Of a stretch of 41,846 nt of DNA, positions 17,848 through 26,615 are shown one piece after another (the stretch's first letter is position 1; each line of letters begins with the position of its first letter). The position numbers were made by a program, and so were the translations under genes. The notes under the pieces were generated by a model. That model worked only from the letters and a program-made list of their open reading frames with translations. It ran no database searches and was not told the DNA's origin. The DNA comes from Pirellulales bacterium (lineage in GTDB: Bacteria > Planctomycetota > Planctomycetia > Pirellulales > UBA1268): contig JBIKXY010000001.1 of NCBI GenBank assembly GCA_044355515.1, forward strand, positions 1 to 41,846, given 5' to 3'.

Positions 17848-19506
17848 ATGAATCGTTTGGTCAAGGAGCTTCTCGTGACTGTCAACCGCCGAAACGCCTG
17901 TCTCACCGCCTGGAGTGCGATGGCTCTGGCAGCCGGCGTCGCCCGCGCCCACTTCGTGTTCGTCCTGCCAGACGCGGAGGCCGCCAAGGCGCGCGTGATC
18001 CTCAGCGAGACGCTCGAACTCGACGACAACGTCGATCCCGCGCTCGTAGACGGCGTGAAGCTCGTGACCCGCGACGGCGCCGGCGCCGAGGGGGCTCTCA
18101 GGCTGGCCCGCGACGGCGAGACCCGGTTCGTCAAGTTTCCCGAACAGACGCGGGGCGCGATCCACGGCACGCTCACCCACGGGGTCATGAAGCACGGCCC
18201 CAAGCCGTTCCTCGTCGTCTACCATCCCAAGGCCTGCCTCGGGTATCCCTTCGGCTCGGCGGGCCGGATCGGCGCCGAGTCGCCGGCGGAGATCGTGCCG
18301 GCCGGCCATCCCGGCGCCGTGCGCTTTCAACTGCTCGCGCGGGGCGAGCCGGTGGCCGATGCGAAAATGGTCGTGCTCCTGCCCGACGGCAAGCAGCAGG
18401 AGGTGGTCACCGACGCCAAGGGCCAGACCCCCGTGTTCGACGCCGCCGGCCGCTACGGCGCCTGGGCCCGGCACGTGGTCTCCAAGCCGGGCGAGCACGG
18501 GGGCGAGGCGTACGTGGAAGAGCGGCACTACCCCACGATCGTGATGGACGTTCCCGCCGGCCACCGCGGCGCGGCCAAGGACACGCATGCCAGCTTGACG
18601 AAGACCGAGAAGCTGCCGGCCCTGCCCGTGGCGGCCTCGAGCCTGGGGGTCGTGGCCTGCGGTGGCCACCTGTACGCGTACGGCGGCCATGTCGCGCCGG
18701 TGCATACCTACTCGACCGAGGCTGTTTCCGGCCGGTTCTTTCGCCGGCCGCTCTCCGGCGGCGGCGACTGGGAGGAACTCGCCGGCGGGCCGGCCCTCCA
18801 AGGGATGAACCTCGCCACGCACGGCGGCAGGATCTACCGCGTCGGCGGGATGGACCCGCGGAACAAGCCGGGCGACCCGGCCGAGAACTACTCGGTCGCG
18901 TCGGCGGCCTGCTACGACCCGGCCTCGAAGGCCTGGACCGACTTGCCGGCGATCCCGGAGCCGCGGTCGAGCCACGACGTGGCGGTGGTCGGCGACACGC
19001 TCTACGTGGTCGGCGGCTGGAACATGCTCGGCCACGACGGCGAAGACTGGTGCGACACGATGCTGGCCCTCGATCTGGCGGATCCCAAGGCGGGCTGGAA
19101 GGCGCTGCCGCAGCCCTTCTCACGGCGGGCCCTGATCGCGGCGGTGGACGAGGGCAAGCTGTACGTGATCGGCGGCTTCACCGAGGAGGAGGAGGCCAGT
19201 CGTCGAGTGGACATCTTCGATCCCGCCGCGGGCACCTGGGCCCAGGGCCCCGACCTGCCGGGCGAGGCCCTCAACGGCTTCGCGCCGGCGGCCTGCACGG
19301 TCGGCGGCGTCGTGCACGTGAGCGTGGCCGACGGCAGCGTGCACCGGCTCGCCGAGGCGGGCTGCCACTGGGAGCCGGTCGCGAGCGTGGTGCCGCGGAT
19401 CGTGCACCGGGCCGTGAGCGACGGCGACGACCACCTGGTGCTCGTGGGGGGCGCGGCCAACGCCGAGAACCTCGACTTGGTCGAGCGGGTGCCCGTGGGC
19501 AAGTGA
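17848..19506 (+). CDS. DUF4198-like periplasmic domain fused to a Kelch-repeat beta-propeller
   Basis: Signal peptide ...AMALAAGVARA, then HFVFVLPD.... A beta-sandwich segment follows: GEPVADAKMVVLLPDGKQQEVVTDAKGQTPVFDAAGRYGAWARHV. The C-terminal half has repeated Kelch-like units: GGHLYAYGG, GGRIYRVGG, GDTLYVVGGW, EGKLYVIGGF, GGVVHVSV. Confidence 0.65.
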   Translation: MNRLVKELLVTVNRRNACLTAWSAMALAAGVARAHFVFVLPDAEAAKARVILSETLELDDNVDPALVDGVKLVTRDGAGAEGALRLARDGETRFVKFPEQTRGAIHGTLTHGVMKHGPKPFLVVYHPKACLGYPFGSAGRIGAESPAEIVPAGHPGAVRFQLLARGEPVADAKMVVLLPDGKQQEVVTDAKGQTPVFDAAGRYGAWARHVVSKPGEHGGEAYVEERHYPTIVMDVPAGHRGAAKDTHASLTKTEKLPALPVAASSLGVVACGGHLYAYGGHVAPVHTYSTEAVSGRFFRRPLSGGGDWEELAGGPALQGMNLATHGGRIYRVGGMDPRNKPGDPAENYSVASAACYDPASKAWTDLPAIPEPRSSHDVAVVGDTLYVVGGWNMLGHDGEDWCDTMLALDLADPKAGWKALPQPFSRRALIAAVDEGKLYVIGGFTEEEEASRRVDIFDPAAGTWAQGPDLPGEALNGFAPAACTVGGVVHVSVADGSVHRLAEAGCHWEPVASVVPRIVHRAVSDGDDHLVLVGGAANAENLDLVERVPVGK

Positions 19507-19575
19507 TGCCCCCCGGGGCATCCCGCCGGACGGCCGCTCGCGGGTCGCTTGCCAGGAGCGTGGTCGAACCGCCGG

Positions 19576-19885
19576 TCAGGGGTTCACGACGGAGAGGTCG
19601 TAGACGAACCGGCCCTGCGGATTGCGAGAGCGCTCGAGGAGGAAGCCGCATCCGAATACCGTCGAGAGACAGGCGCCGCCCGGGCCGGGGGCGGTCGCCC
19701 AGCCCGCGGGCTCCCAGCGGTGGATCGTGAGCCGCACGTCGGCGCCGCGGGCATCAACGAGCCAGAACTCGCGGACGCCCGCCGCATGGTAGGCGGCCGG
19801 CAGCCGCTCCGTGTCTTACCGGACGGAGGAGTCGCTCACGATCTCGACGACCAGGTCGGAATCGCTCGCAAGGGGACAGGCGGCA
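19576..19885 (-). pseudogene. Uma2-family (DUF820) endonuclease remnant: N-terminally truncated with an in-frame TAA
   Basis: The minus strand reads ...SDSDLVVEIVSDSSVR*DTERLPAAYHAAGVREFWLVDARGADVRLTIHRWEPAGW...RFVYDLSVVNP, ending at TGA (19576-19578). The PDLVVE..S.S...D...K...Y...GV.E.W.VD pattern is the Uma2 signature. Only about 60 nt separate it from the upstream gene, so the N-terminal half is missing. Confidence 0.6.
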
Positions 19886-19937
19886 GACTGTGCGTCTGTA
19901 TAGAGAGAGTGCGGGGACGGTCCTGGTCAAGCGGCGC

Positions 19938-20753
19938 TCAATACCGCACCGCGAAGCCGAAGTCGGAGTAGAAGTTGGCGGCGTCTTCGGTGAGCCCCCA
20001 GCCCACCCGCAGGCCGAGCTCGAACCCCGGAACCAGGACGTAGTGCCAGCCGGGCCCGATGAACGGCCGCACCTTCTCGTCCTCGAGGCCGTCGGTCCAG
20101 GTGCCGAACCACTCGGCATGCACCTCGAACCGCTCGGTGAGCGGCATCCGGAGCACGACCGAGGGCATCCACTTGTCGAAGGTGCCCTCCTCGCTGGCGG
20201 CGTAGACATAGCGGATGCCGGCGTCGAGCCGCTGGCCTTGGTCGAGTTCCCAGCCGAAGGCGTAGGTGGCGGACGGCTCGGTAGCCCAGACATCGCCGGC
20301 CGTGGGCGTGTAGGCCTCGACGATCGCCACGCTCCGCGGGATCCAGCCATCCTGCTCGCTCACGGCCGCCTTGAGGCCGTACAGCAGCGTCGCCTCCGTG
20401 GCGAACTCGCCCCCCTCCTCCCCCTCGCCCGACTCCACGGCCGTGACCACGCTGCCCCCCGATCCTGCCTCGTAGTTGACCCCGAACCGCAGCTCCACCC
20501 GCTCGAGGATCCCGGCCCGCACGAGCAGCTCCGGCAGGCTGTGGGTGGCCGGGCCGGTACGGTTCTCGATATAGGTGTACGCGGTCTCGGCCAGGGCATG
20601 GCCCTGCTCGACCGTGTGGGTCACGGGAGTGAACGCGTCGCGGTCGGCGTCGAGCTCGCGGTAGTCCTGGCCGCAGGCCATCGAAGCGACCGTGCCCGCG
20701 ACGATGGCGGCGACCGCGATCGACGGTGAACGAAGGCGGCGGCGACGGCCCAT
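19938..20753 (-). CDS. Outer-membrane beta-barrel of the 'transporter' (MetA-pathway/Phenol_MetA_deg-like) family
   Basis: ATG 20753 (MGRRRRLRSPSIAVAAIVAGTVASMACGQ). DRDAFTPVTHTVEQGHALAETAYTY follows. The sequence shows alternating beta-strand character and ends ...DFGFAVRY. Confidence 0.6.
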   Translation of the reverse strand: MGRRRRLRSPSIAVAAIVAGTVASMACGQDYRELDADRDAFTPVTHTVEQGHALAETAYTYIENRTGPATHSLPELLVRAGILERVELRFGVNYEAGSGGSVVTAVESGEGEEGGEFATEATLLYGLKAAVSEQDGWIPRSVAIVEAYTPTAGDVWATEPSATYAFGWELDQGQRLDAGIRYVYAASEEGTFDKWMPSVVLRMPLTERFEVHAEWFGTWTDGLEDEKVRPFIGPGWHYVLVPGFELGLRVGWGLTEDAANFYSDFGFAVRY

Positions 20754-20775
20754 GCAAACGATTCCCACGCGGCGG

Positions 20776-21375
20776 TCAGTAGACGCCCAAGGTCGCCCAG
20801 CCGTCCTGCTGCCGATTCATGTTGAAGACCATCGCCGAGTGGGCGACCCTGATGCCCGGCAGGATGTCGGAGAGCGCGTGGCCGCCGCGGATCACCGACT
20901 GGCCGCAGACCCAGATCTCCACGCCGTTCGTTAAGAGTTTCTCGACCAGTTCGCGGTTCGGATTGGAGCCGCCGCCGGCCCGGTCATGGGCCGCGTCGGC
21001 CAGGGCGGCCGACGTCGCGTTGAAGTGGAGAATCACGGCAATCTGGGGATGAGAGGCGGCCATGCCCTCCTTGGCGTAGAGGTTGACGAGCCGGGCGGCG
21101 CTCTCGAGGCCCCGGTTGGGCTTGCCGGCGGGCGCCGCCGCGGTCGTGTCGAACACCACGCGGCCGCCGATCCGCGGCCGCTCGCCGGCGTCGGGCAGGG
21201 CCACGACCGACCCGTAGCCCTCGATCTGCGGGAACTCCGGCGGCAGTGAGAGCCGAGGGGGAGCGGCAGCGGCGGGCGGGGCCTGATCGGCCGCGGATGC
21301 CGCCGAGCGGGCGAAGATCAGGAGGGCGACCAGCGCGGCTGACGTGAGGGCGGCTGACGTGGGCAGGCGAACCAT
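20776..21375 (-). CDS. Secreted DsrE/DsrF-like family protein (COG1416-like)
   Basis: ATG 21375. Signal peptide MVRLPTSAALTSAALVALLIFARSAASA. The core is RVVFDTT....IAVILHFNATSA...LLTNGVEIWVCGQSV....GIRVAHSAMVFNMNRQQDGWATLGVY. The upstream 340 codons of the 539-aa track ORF are shadow frame over tauE. Confidence 0.6.
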   Translation of the reverse strand: MVRLPTSAALTSAALVALLIFARSAASAADQAPPAAAAPPRLSLPPEFPQIEGYGSVVALPDAGERPRIGGRVVFDTTAAAPAGKPNRGLESAARLVNLYAKEGMAASHPQIAVILHFNATSAALADAAHDRAGGGSNPNRELVEKLLTNGVEIWVCGQSVIRGGHALSDILPGIRVAHSAMVFNMNRQQDGWATLGVY

Positions 21376-21419
21376 GGCGGGACCTCCGAGGCAGGGGGCA
21401 AGCGGACGCGGGCAGGATA

Positions 21420-22298
21420 TCAGTTCCCAAGCAGCTCGCGGGCGATCACGAACACGGCGACCGCCACGATGGCGACGGCGAACAGGCGGGCGAGCAGGGG
21501 GCCCGTGAGCCGCCGCCCGATCGCGGAGCCGGCGAACAATCCGGGGATGCTGCCGGCGACGAAGCCGCCGGTGACGCCGAGCGGAAGCTCCCGCCCCGCC
21601 GCGAGCTGCGAGGCGACCGCCGCGAGGCCGACGAGCGTCATCACGAACAGCGACGTGCCCACGGCCCGCGGCACGCCCATCGCCGCGAAGGTGACGAGCG
21701 CCGGCACGATCAGGAAGCCGCCGCCGACGCCGAACAGCCCCGAGAGCAGGCCGACGGCCAGGCCCACCAGGGCGAGCACCGTGGCGCAGCGGCTCGTGAT
21801 CCGCAGCCTGCCCTCGGGATCGCGGCGGCAGGCCGGGCCGCTGCCGGCCGCGACGGCCGCCGGGGGCAGCCGCTCCTCGACATTCCTTGCCTTTTGCCAC
21901 ATCCGAGCCGCGACCACGAGCATCAATCCGGCGAAGGCCACGAGCAGCGGCTGCTCCGGAATCCGGCTGCCGAGCCAGCTGCCGAGCGGTGCCGTGAGCA
22001 TGCCGGCCGCCGCGAACAAGAGGCCCGTGGGAATCTCCACCTGGCCGTACCGCCACCGCTCGACCGCGCCGACCGCGGCCGTGATGGCCACGGTGACGAG
22101 CGAGATCGCCACCGCCGTCGGCGGATCGACGCCGATCCAATACACGAGCAGCGGCACCGCGAAGATCGCCCCACCGCCGCCGGTGAGGCCGAGCGAGAGC
22201 CCCACCGCGACGCCGGCCGCCACCGCCGCGAGCGGCGGCCACGGTGGGGCGACGGCGAGGTCGGTCGCCGCGAGGAGGAGGGGGGGCGAGAGGATCAT
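21420..22298 (-). CDS. TauE/SafE-family sulfite/organosulfonate exporter-type membrane protein
   Basis: ATG 22298 (MILSPPLLL...). It has the duplicated 4-TM halves typical of TauE: GLTGGGGAIFAVPLLVY and GLFGVGGGFLIVPALV. Confidence 0.8.
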   Translation of the reverse strand: MILSPPLLLAATDLAVAPPWPPLAAVAAGVAVGLSLGLTGGGGAIFAVPLLVYWIGVDPPTAVAISLVTVAITAAVGAVERWRYGQVEIPTGLLFAAAGMLTAPLGSWLGSRIPEQPLLVAFAGLMLVVAARMWQKARNVEERLPPAAVAAGSGPACRRDPEGRLRITSRCATVLALVGLAVGLLSGLFGVGGGFLIVPALVTFAAMGVPRAVGTSLFVMTLVGLAAVASQLAAGRELPLGVTGGFVAGSIPGLFAGSAIGRRLTGPLLARLFAVAIVAVAVFVIARELLGN

Positions 22299-22379
22299 GG
22301 TGCGCGCTGTGGCTCGCCTCGCTCGGTGGGACGAATCCCCTGCGCCCGACTGCCGCTTTTCCAACCGTTGGACTGCTCA

Positions 22380-22508
22380 GGGTTGCCCATGCCAATCGAG
22401 CGGCGTTGGAAACCGAGCGTAGCCAGGATGGCGAAGCGAGGTTTCCATCGAGCGACCGGAGGGCAGGATGCCCGTAGGAAGCGTCCGGCGAGATGGCATG
22501 GGCAACCC
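22380..22508 (-). repeat. MITE/REP-like element, copy 5 (full, inverted orientation)
   Basis: (A)GGGTTGCCCATGCCAATCGAGCGG...CGTCCGGCGAGATGGCATGGGCAACCC(T) is the reverse complement of the copy-1 layout. It sits between the PDO-rhodanese and tauE genes, which are on the same strand. Confidence 0.9.
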
Positions 22509-22540
22509 TGAGCTTGCGTCACTGAAGCAAAACCAACAGT

Positions 22541-23950
22541 TCAACTCGCGGCCGCGGCGGGCTGCGTCGCCACCCACGCCTTGAACCCGCCGACGAGGTC
22601 GTGGGCGTCCTTGCGGCCAAGCTTCTGGAGCAGGCTGACGCCGATCGCCGACCGGTAGCCTCCCTCGCAGTGCACGACCACCGGCCGATCTGCCGGCAGC
22701 TCGCCGATCCGCTCCTCGAGGTGGGGCAGGGGGATGTTGAGGCTGCCGGCCACGTGGCCGCCGGCGTGCTCGGGCTCGGAGCGAATGTCGAGCACCACGG
22801 GCTTGCTCGCGACGCCGGGCCGGGTGCCTGCGAGCCACTCGGCGAGGGCCGGGGCCGTGATTCGTTCCGTGCGCTCGACGAGGTCGCCGCGATGCTCGAG
22901 GGCCCGCATGCCGTCCTTCAGGAAGCCGGCCACGTTGTCGAAGCCGATCCGGCCCAATCGCATCACGGCCTCCTCCTCGCCCCCCTCCTCGGCGATCACC
23001 ACGATCGGCTTGTCGTGCGAGAGCATGGAGCCGGCCCAGGTGGCGTATTTGCCGGAGAGGGCGATGTTGAGCGATCCGCGGAGGTGGCCCCCCTCGAAGT
23101 CGATCCCGTCGCGGACGTCGAGCAGCTGCCCGCCCGACTTCTCCAGGGCCAGCACCTCGTCCACGGAGAGCGGCTTGAGCTGCCGCTCCATGGCGTCGTG
23201 CAGGGCCGTCCGCTCCTTGCGGTTCAGGATCGCGTCGTGCACGAAGTAGTCCGGGGCCTCGGGCTGGTCGGCCGTCACGATCGCCTTGAAGGCCTCGCGG
23301 CTCATCGGCTGGAGGGCGTAGTTGAACTTCTTCTGCTCGCCGATCGTGGAGACGGTCTCCTTCGAGAGCGTCTTGCCGCACAGGCTGCCGGCGCCGTGGG
23401 CGGGATAGACGAGCGTGGCGTCAGGCAGTTTCATGAGCTTGTTGATGCTCTCGTAGAGCATGTCGGCCAGCTCGTCGGCCGTCACACCGATGCTCGCCAG
23501 CAGGTCGGGCCGGCCCACGTCGCCGATGAAGAGGGTGTCGCCGGTGAGGGCGGCCAAGGGCTCCGTTGTGCTCTTGGCCAGGTCGTAGACGAGGATCGTG
23601 ATGCCCTCGGGGGTGTGGCCCGGGGTCTCCAACACTTCCAGCTTCACGTCGCCGAACTCGATCGCATCCCCGTCCTGCATCTGGACGCATTCGAACTCGG
23701 CCTGGGCCCGGCTGCCGAGGTGGATCGTCGCTCCGGCCTTGTCGCGGAGCTCGATGTGGCCGGCGACGAAGTCGGCGTGGAAGTGGGTCAGGAACACGTG
23801 CTTGATCGTGCAGCCCCCGGCCGCGGCGTCCTCGAGATACTGGTCGATGTCCCGCTGCGGATCGACCACGGCCGCCGTCTTGGTCTTCTCGTCGGTGATC
23901 ATGTAGGAGGCGTGGGAGAGGCAGGCGAGGTAATACTGCTCGATCTTCAT
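22541..23950 (-). CDS. Persulfide dioxygenase (MBL fold) fused to two rhodanese domains (CstB/Blh-like)
   Basis: ATG 23950 (MKIEQYYLACLSHASYMI...). Metal motif LTHFHADFVAGH, plus ETPGHTPE and GDTLFIGDVGRPDL. Rhodanese domains follow; the second carries the catalytic loop VVHCEGGYRS. Confidence 0.85.
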   Translation of the reverse strand: MKIEQYYLACLSHASYMITDEKTKTAAVVDPQRDIDQYLEDAAAGGCTIKHVFLTHFHADFVAGHIELRDKAGATIHLGSRAQAEFECVQMQDGDAIEFGDVKLEVLETPGHTPEGITILVYDLAKSTTEPLAALTGDTLFIGDVGRPDLLASIGVTADELADMLYESINKLMKLPDATLVYPAHGAGSLCGKTLSKETVSTIGEQKKFNYALQPMSREAFKAIVTADQPEAPDYFVHDAILNRKERTALHDAMERQLKPLSVDEVLALEKSGGQLLDVRDGIDFEGGHLRGSLNIALSGKYATWAGSMLSHDKPIVVIAEEGGEEEAVMRLGRIGFDNVAGFLKDGMRALEHRGDLVERTERITAPALAEWLAGTRPGVASKPVVLDIRSEPEHAGGHVAGSLNIPLPHLEERIGELPADRPVVVHCEGGYRSAIGVSLLQKLGRKDAHDLVGGFKAWVATQPAAAAS

Positions 23951-24004
23951 GGCGGGGTTCCTTCGGAGGCTGGCGGTCGGCCGAGCGGTCTCGGGCAACA
24001 GGTC

Positions 24005-24033
24005 AATATATCGGAACACGACGATATGTCAAT
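24005..24033 (-). promoter_or_regulatory. Promoter/operator copy C upstream of the PDO-rhodanese operon
   Basis: The minus strand reads ATTGACATATCGTCGTGTTCCGATATATT, with the same -35, 16-nt spacer and -10 geometry as copies A and B. The upstream A-tract is GAGAAAAACTGG. Confidence 0.7.
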
Positions 24034-24284
24034 CCAGTTTTTCTCCGCCGGGGCTGTCCGGGAGTGGCGGGCGGCATCCCCTTGCTCGCGCACGGGGGCT
24101 TGGATGTGATTCCGCGGGTCGGGCTGGACTAGCTGCCTAGAATCCCCTCGCAGGGATTTCGCCCGGGATTTCGCCGGGCGAGGCGGAAGACAGCGGCAGC
24201 AGACGCCGAGGCACGTCGGTCCATCCGCCGCTCACGGCCCGCAGGCACGGGGGTCGCGGGCTCACGTCAGCCGGAGCCCATCCC

Positions 24285-26615
24285 ATGCCCCCCGTGCCCC
24301 TTCACCGGATCGCCTTCGTCGGCACCTATCCCCCCCGCCGCTGCGGGATCGCCACCTACACCCGCGACCTCCGCGACGCGGTCGCCGCCACGCTCGGCGA
24401 CGCGGAGTGTCTCGTCGTGCCGCTCGTGGATTCGACCGCCGGCGACCACCCGCCCGAGGTCCGGTTCACCATCCGCGACGACAGCCTCCCGGCCTACCGG
24501 CGGGCCGCCGAGTATCTCAATCTCTGCAACGTCGACGTCGTGTCGCTGCAGCATGAATACGGCATCTTCGGCGGCCCTGCCGGCGGGCACTTGCTCACGC
24601 TTGTCCGCGGGCTGCGGATGCCGATCCACACGACGCTCCATACCGTGCTGGCCGACCCAACCAGGGAGCAGCAGGAGGTGATGGAGGAATTGCTGGCGCG
24701 GTCCTCGCGCGTGGCGGTGATGACCGAGCGGGGCCGGCAGTTGTTGCGCGGACGGTATCGGCTGGACGACGCCAGGATCGACGTCATCCCGCACGGCATT
24801 CCGGACATGCCGCTCGAGCCGCCGGCCGTCGCCCGCGAGCGACTGGGGATCGCGGCCCGGTCGATGCTTCTGACCTTCGGCCTGCTGGCCCCGAACAAGG
24901 GCATCGAGCACGTGATTGCGGCCCTGCCGGCGATCCTCGCCGAGCATCCCGATGCGCTCTACGTCGTGCTCGGCGCGACCCATCCGCAGCTCGTCCGGAG
25001 CGAGGGGGAAGCCTACCGGAAGCGGCTGGCCGGTCTCGCCGCCGAACTCGACGTCTCCGACCGGGTCTTGTTGCTCGATCGCTACGTGGATCTGCCCGAA
25101 TTGCTGGCCTTCATCGCCGCGGCCGACCTCTACATCACGCCCTACCTCAATCAGGACCAGATCACCTCCGGCACGCTGGCCTACGCCTTCGGCTGCGGAA
25201 AGCCGGTCATCTCGACCCCCTACTGGCACGCCGCCGAGCTGCTCGCCGACGGCCGGGGGGTGATCGTGCCGTTCGCGGATCCCGGCGCGATCGCCCGCGA
25301 GGCGATCGGACTGCTCGCCGACGACGCCCGCCGCGGCGAACTGGCCCGGCAGGCCTGGCAGGCGGGCCGCGGCATGACCTGGGGCCGTGTGGCCGAGCGG
25401 TATGTGTGCGCCCTGCGACTGACACGGCAGGCGGCGATGCGGCCGCGGCGGCGGGCCGAAGCCGCGGCGTGCGAGGGAACGCACGATGACGGTCGGTTGC
25501 TGCCCCCGCTCAACCTCGACCACCTCCGGCGGCTGACCGACTCCACCGGCATCATCCAGCACGCCACCTACGATGTGCCAAACCTCGACGAGGGCTACTG
25601 CACCGACGACAACGCCCGGGCGCTCACGCTGGCGGTCGTGCTCGAGGATCTGGGCGTGATCAACCCCTGGCTCGACCGGGCGGTCGCCACCTATGCCGCC
25701 TTCCTTGGCCATGCCTTCGACCGACGCAGCGGACGGTTTCGCAACTTCCTCGGATTCGACCACCGCTGGCGGGACGAACGGGGCAGCGACGACTGCCTCG
25801 GCCGGGCGATCGTGGCGCTGGGCACGTGCGTGGGCCGCTCGCGGCGGGCCGGCCTGCGGCGATTCGCGGCGGAGTGCCTGCCGGCCGCGATCCGGGCGGT
25901 GGCGGAGACGACCAGCCCCCGGGCCTGGGCCCTGGCCGTGATCGGGATCGACCGTTACCTCGAGCGGTTCGGTGGCGACCGGTTCGCGACGGCGATCCGC
26001 GACGGCCTGGCCACCCGGCTCTTGACGCTGCAGCAGACCGTGGCCGGCGACGGCTGGCCGTGGCTCGAGGACATCGTGACGTATGAGAACGCCCGGCCCT
26101 GCGAGGCGCTGATCGTCTTCGGCAAGGCGGGCGGCGACGCGGAGGCCGGTCGCACCGGCCTGGCGATGCTCCGCTGGCTCGACGGCGTGCAGCGGTCGCC
26201 CTGCGGCTACTTCCGGCCGATCGGCTGCCGCGGCTTCTATCCCCGCAGGGAGGAACCGGCGGCGTTCGACCAGCAGCCGATCGAGGCCCAGGCGATGGTC
26301 TCGGCGGCGCTCGTCGCCTGGCGAGTCTCCGGAGAAGCAAGCTGGCTCGACGTCGCCTGGCGGGCATATGGCTGGTTTCACGGAGGTAACGAACTCGGGC
26401 TGCGGGTCTACGACGCCACCCGCGGCGGCTGCCGCGACGGGCTGCTCGAAGACCGCGTCAATGAAAACCAAGGGGCCGAATCGACGCTGGTGCACCTCCA
26501 GGCGCTCGTCGAGATGACGCTGGCCGTGGGCCGGCCCACGGCCGGGCCTGCGGCCTCGCCGACCGGAGCAGCCCGCGCGACCAGGCTGGCCCGCGCCGGG
26601 TTCTCGGCCCCGTGA
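24285..26615 (+). CDS. GT4-family glycosyltransferase fused to a large C-terminal (alpha/alpha)-barrel-like domain
   Basis: N-terminal GT-B motifs: RIAFVGTYPPRRCGIATYT, LQHEYGIFGG, LLTFGLLAPNKG, ITPY...QITSGTLAYAFGCGKPVISTPYWHAAELL. About 400 aa follow: HATYDVPNLDEGYCTDDNARAL...ENARPCEAL...NENQGAESTL. Confidence 0.75.
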   Translation: MPPVPLHRIAFVGTYPPRRCGIATYTRDLRDAVAATLGDAECLVVPLVDSTAGDHPPEVRFTIRDDSLPAYRRAAEYLNLCNVDVVSLQHEYGIFGGPAGGHLLTLVRGLRMPIHTTLHTVLADPTREQQEVMEELLARSSRVAVMTERGRQLLRGRYRLDDARIDVIPHGIPDMPLEPPAVARERLGIAARSMLLTFGLLAPNKGIEHVIAALPAILAEHPDALYVVLGATHPQLVRSEGEAYRKRLAGLAAELDVSDRVLLLDRYVDLPELLAFIAAADLYITPYLNQDQITSGTLAYAFGCGKPVISTPYWHAAELLADGRGVIVPFADPGAIAREAIGLLADDARRGELARQAWQAGRGMTWGRVAERYVCALRLTRQAAMRPRRRAEAAACEGTHDDGRLLPPLNLDHLRRLTDSTGIIQHATYDVPNLDEGYCTDDNARALTLAVVLEDLGVINPWLDRAVATYAAFLGHAFDRRSGRFRNFLGFDHRWRDERGSDDCLGRAIVALGTCVGRSRRAGLRRFAAECLPAAIRAVAETTSPRAWALAVIGIDRYLERFGGDRFATAIRDGLATRLLTLQQTVAGDGWPWLEDIVTYENARPCEALIVFGKAGGDAEAGRTGLAMLRWLDGVQRSPCGYFRPIGCRGFYPRREEPAAFDQQPIEAQAMVSAALVAWRVSGEASWLDVAWRAYGWFHGGNELGLRVYDATRGGCRDGLLEDRVNENQGAESTLVHLQALVEMTLAVGRPTAGPAASPTGAARATRLARAGFSAP

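Noticed and set aside
24141-24175. A small hairpin AATCCC-N6-GGGATT and a tandem GGGATTTCGCC-N-GGGATTTCGCC between the PDO promoter and the GT4 gene.
   Set aside because: It is short, occurs only once in the window and has no second copy to show conservation. That is not enough to call a regulatory site.
24267-26495. Very long ORFs antisense to, or out of frame with, recognisable genes. Examples: 24267-26495(-), 30133-32706(-), 37195-39474(-), 39330-41153(-), 28018-29382(-), 22601-24109(+), 11764-13242(+), 13439-15139(+), 10198-11646(+), 10310-11407(-), 6887-8290(+), 17845-19035(-), 34115-35299(+), 35014-36183(+), 35960-37051(-), 312-1511(+), 1620-2657(+).
   Set aside because: Their translations are Arg/Gly/Pro/Ala/His-rich low-complexity strings with no recognisable motifs. 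Each overlaps a gene with strong family motifs on the other strand or in another frame. This is the expected shadow-ORF behaviour of very GC-rich DNA.
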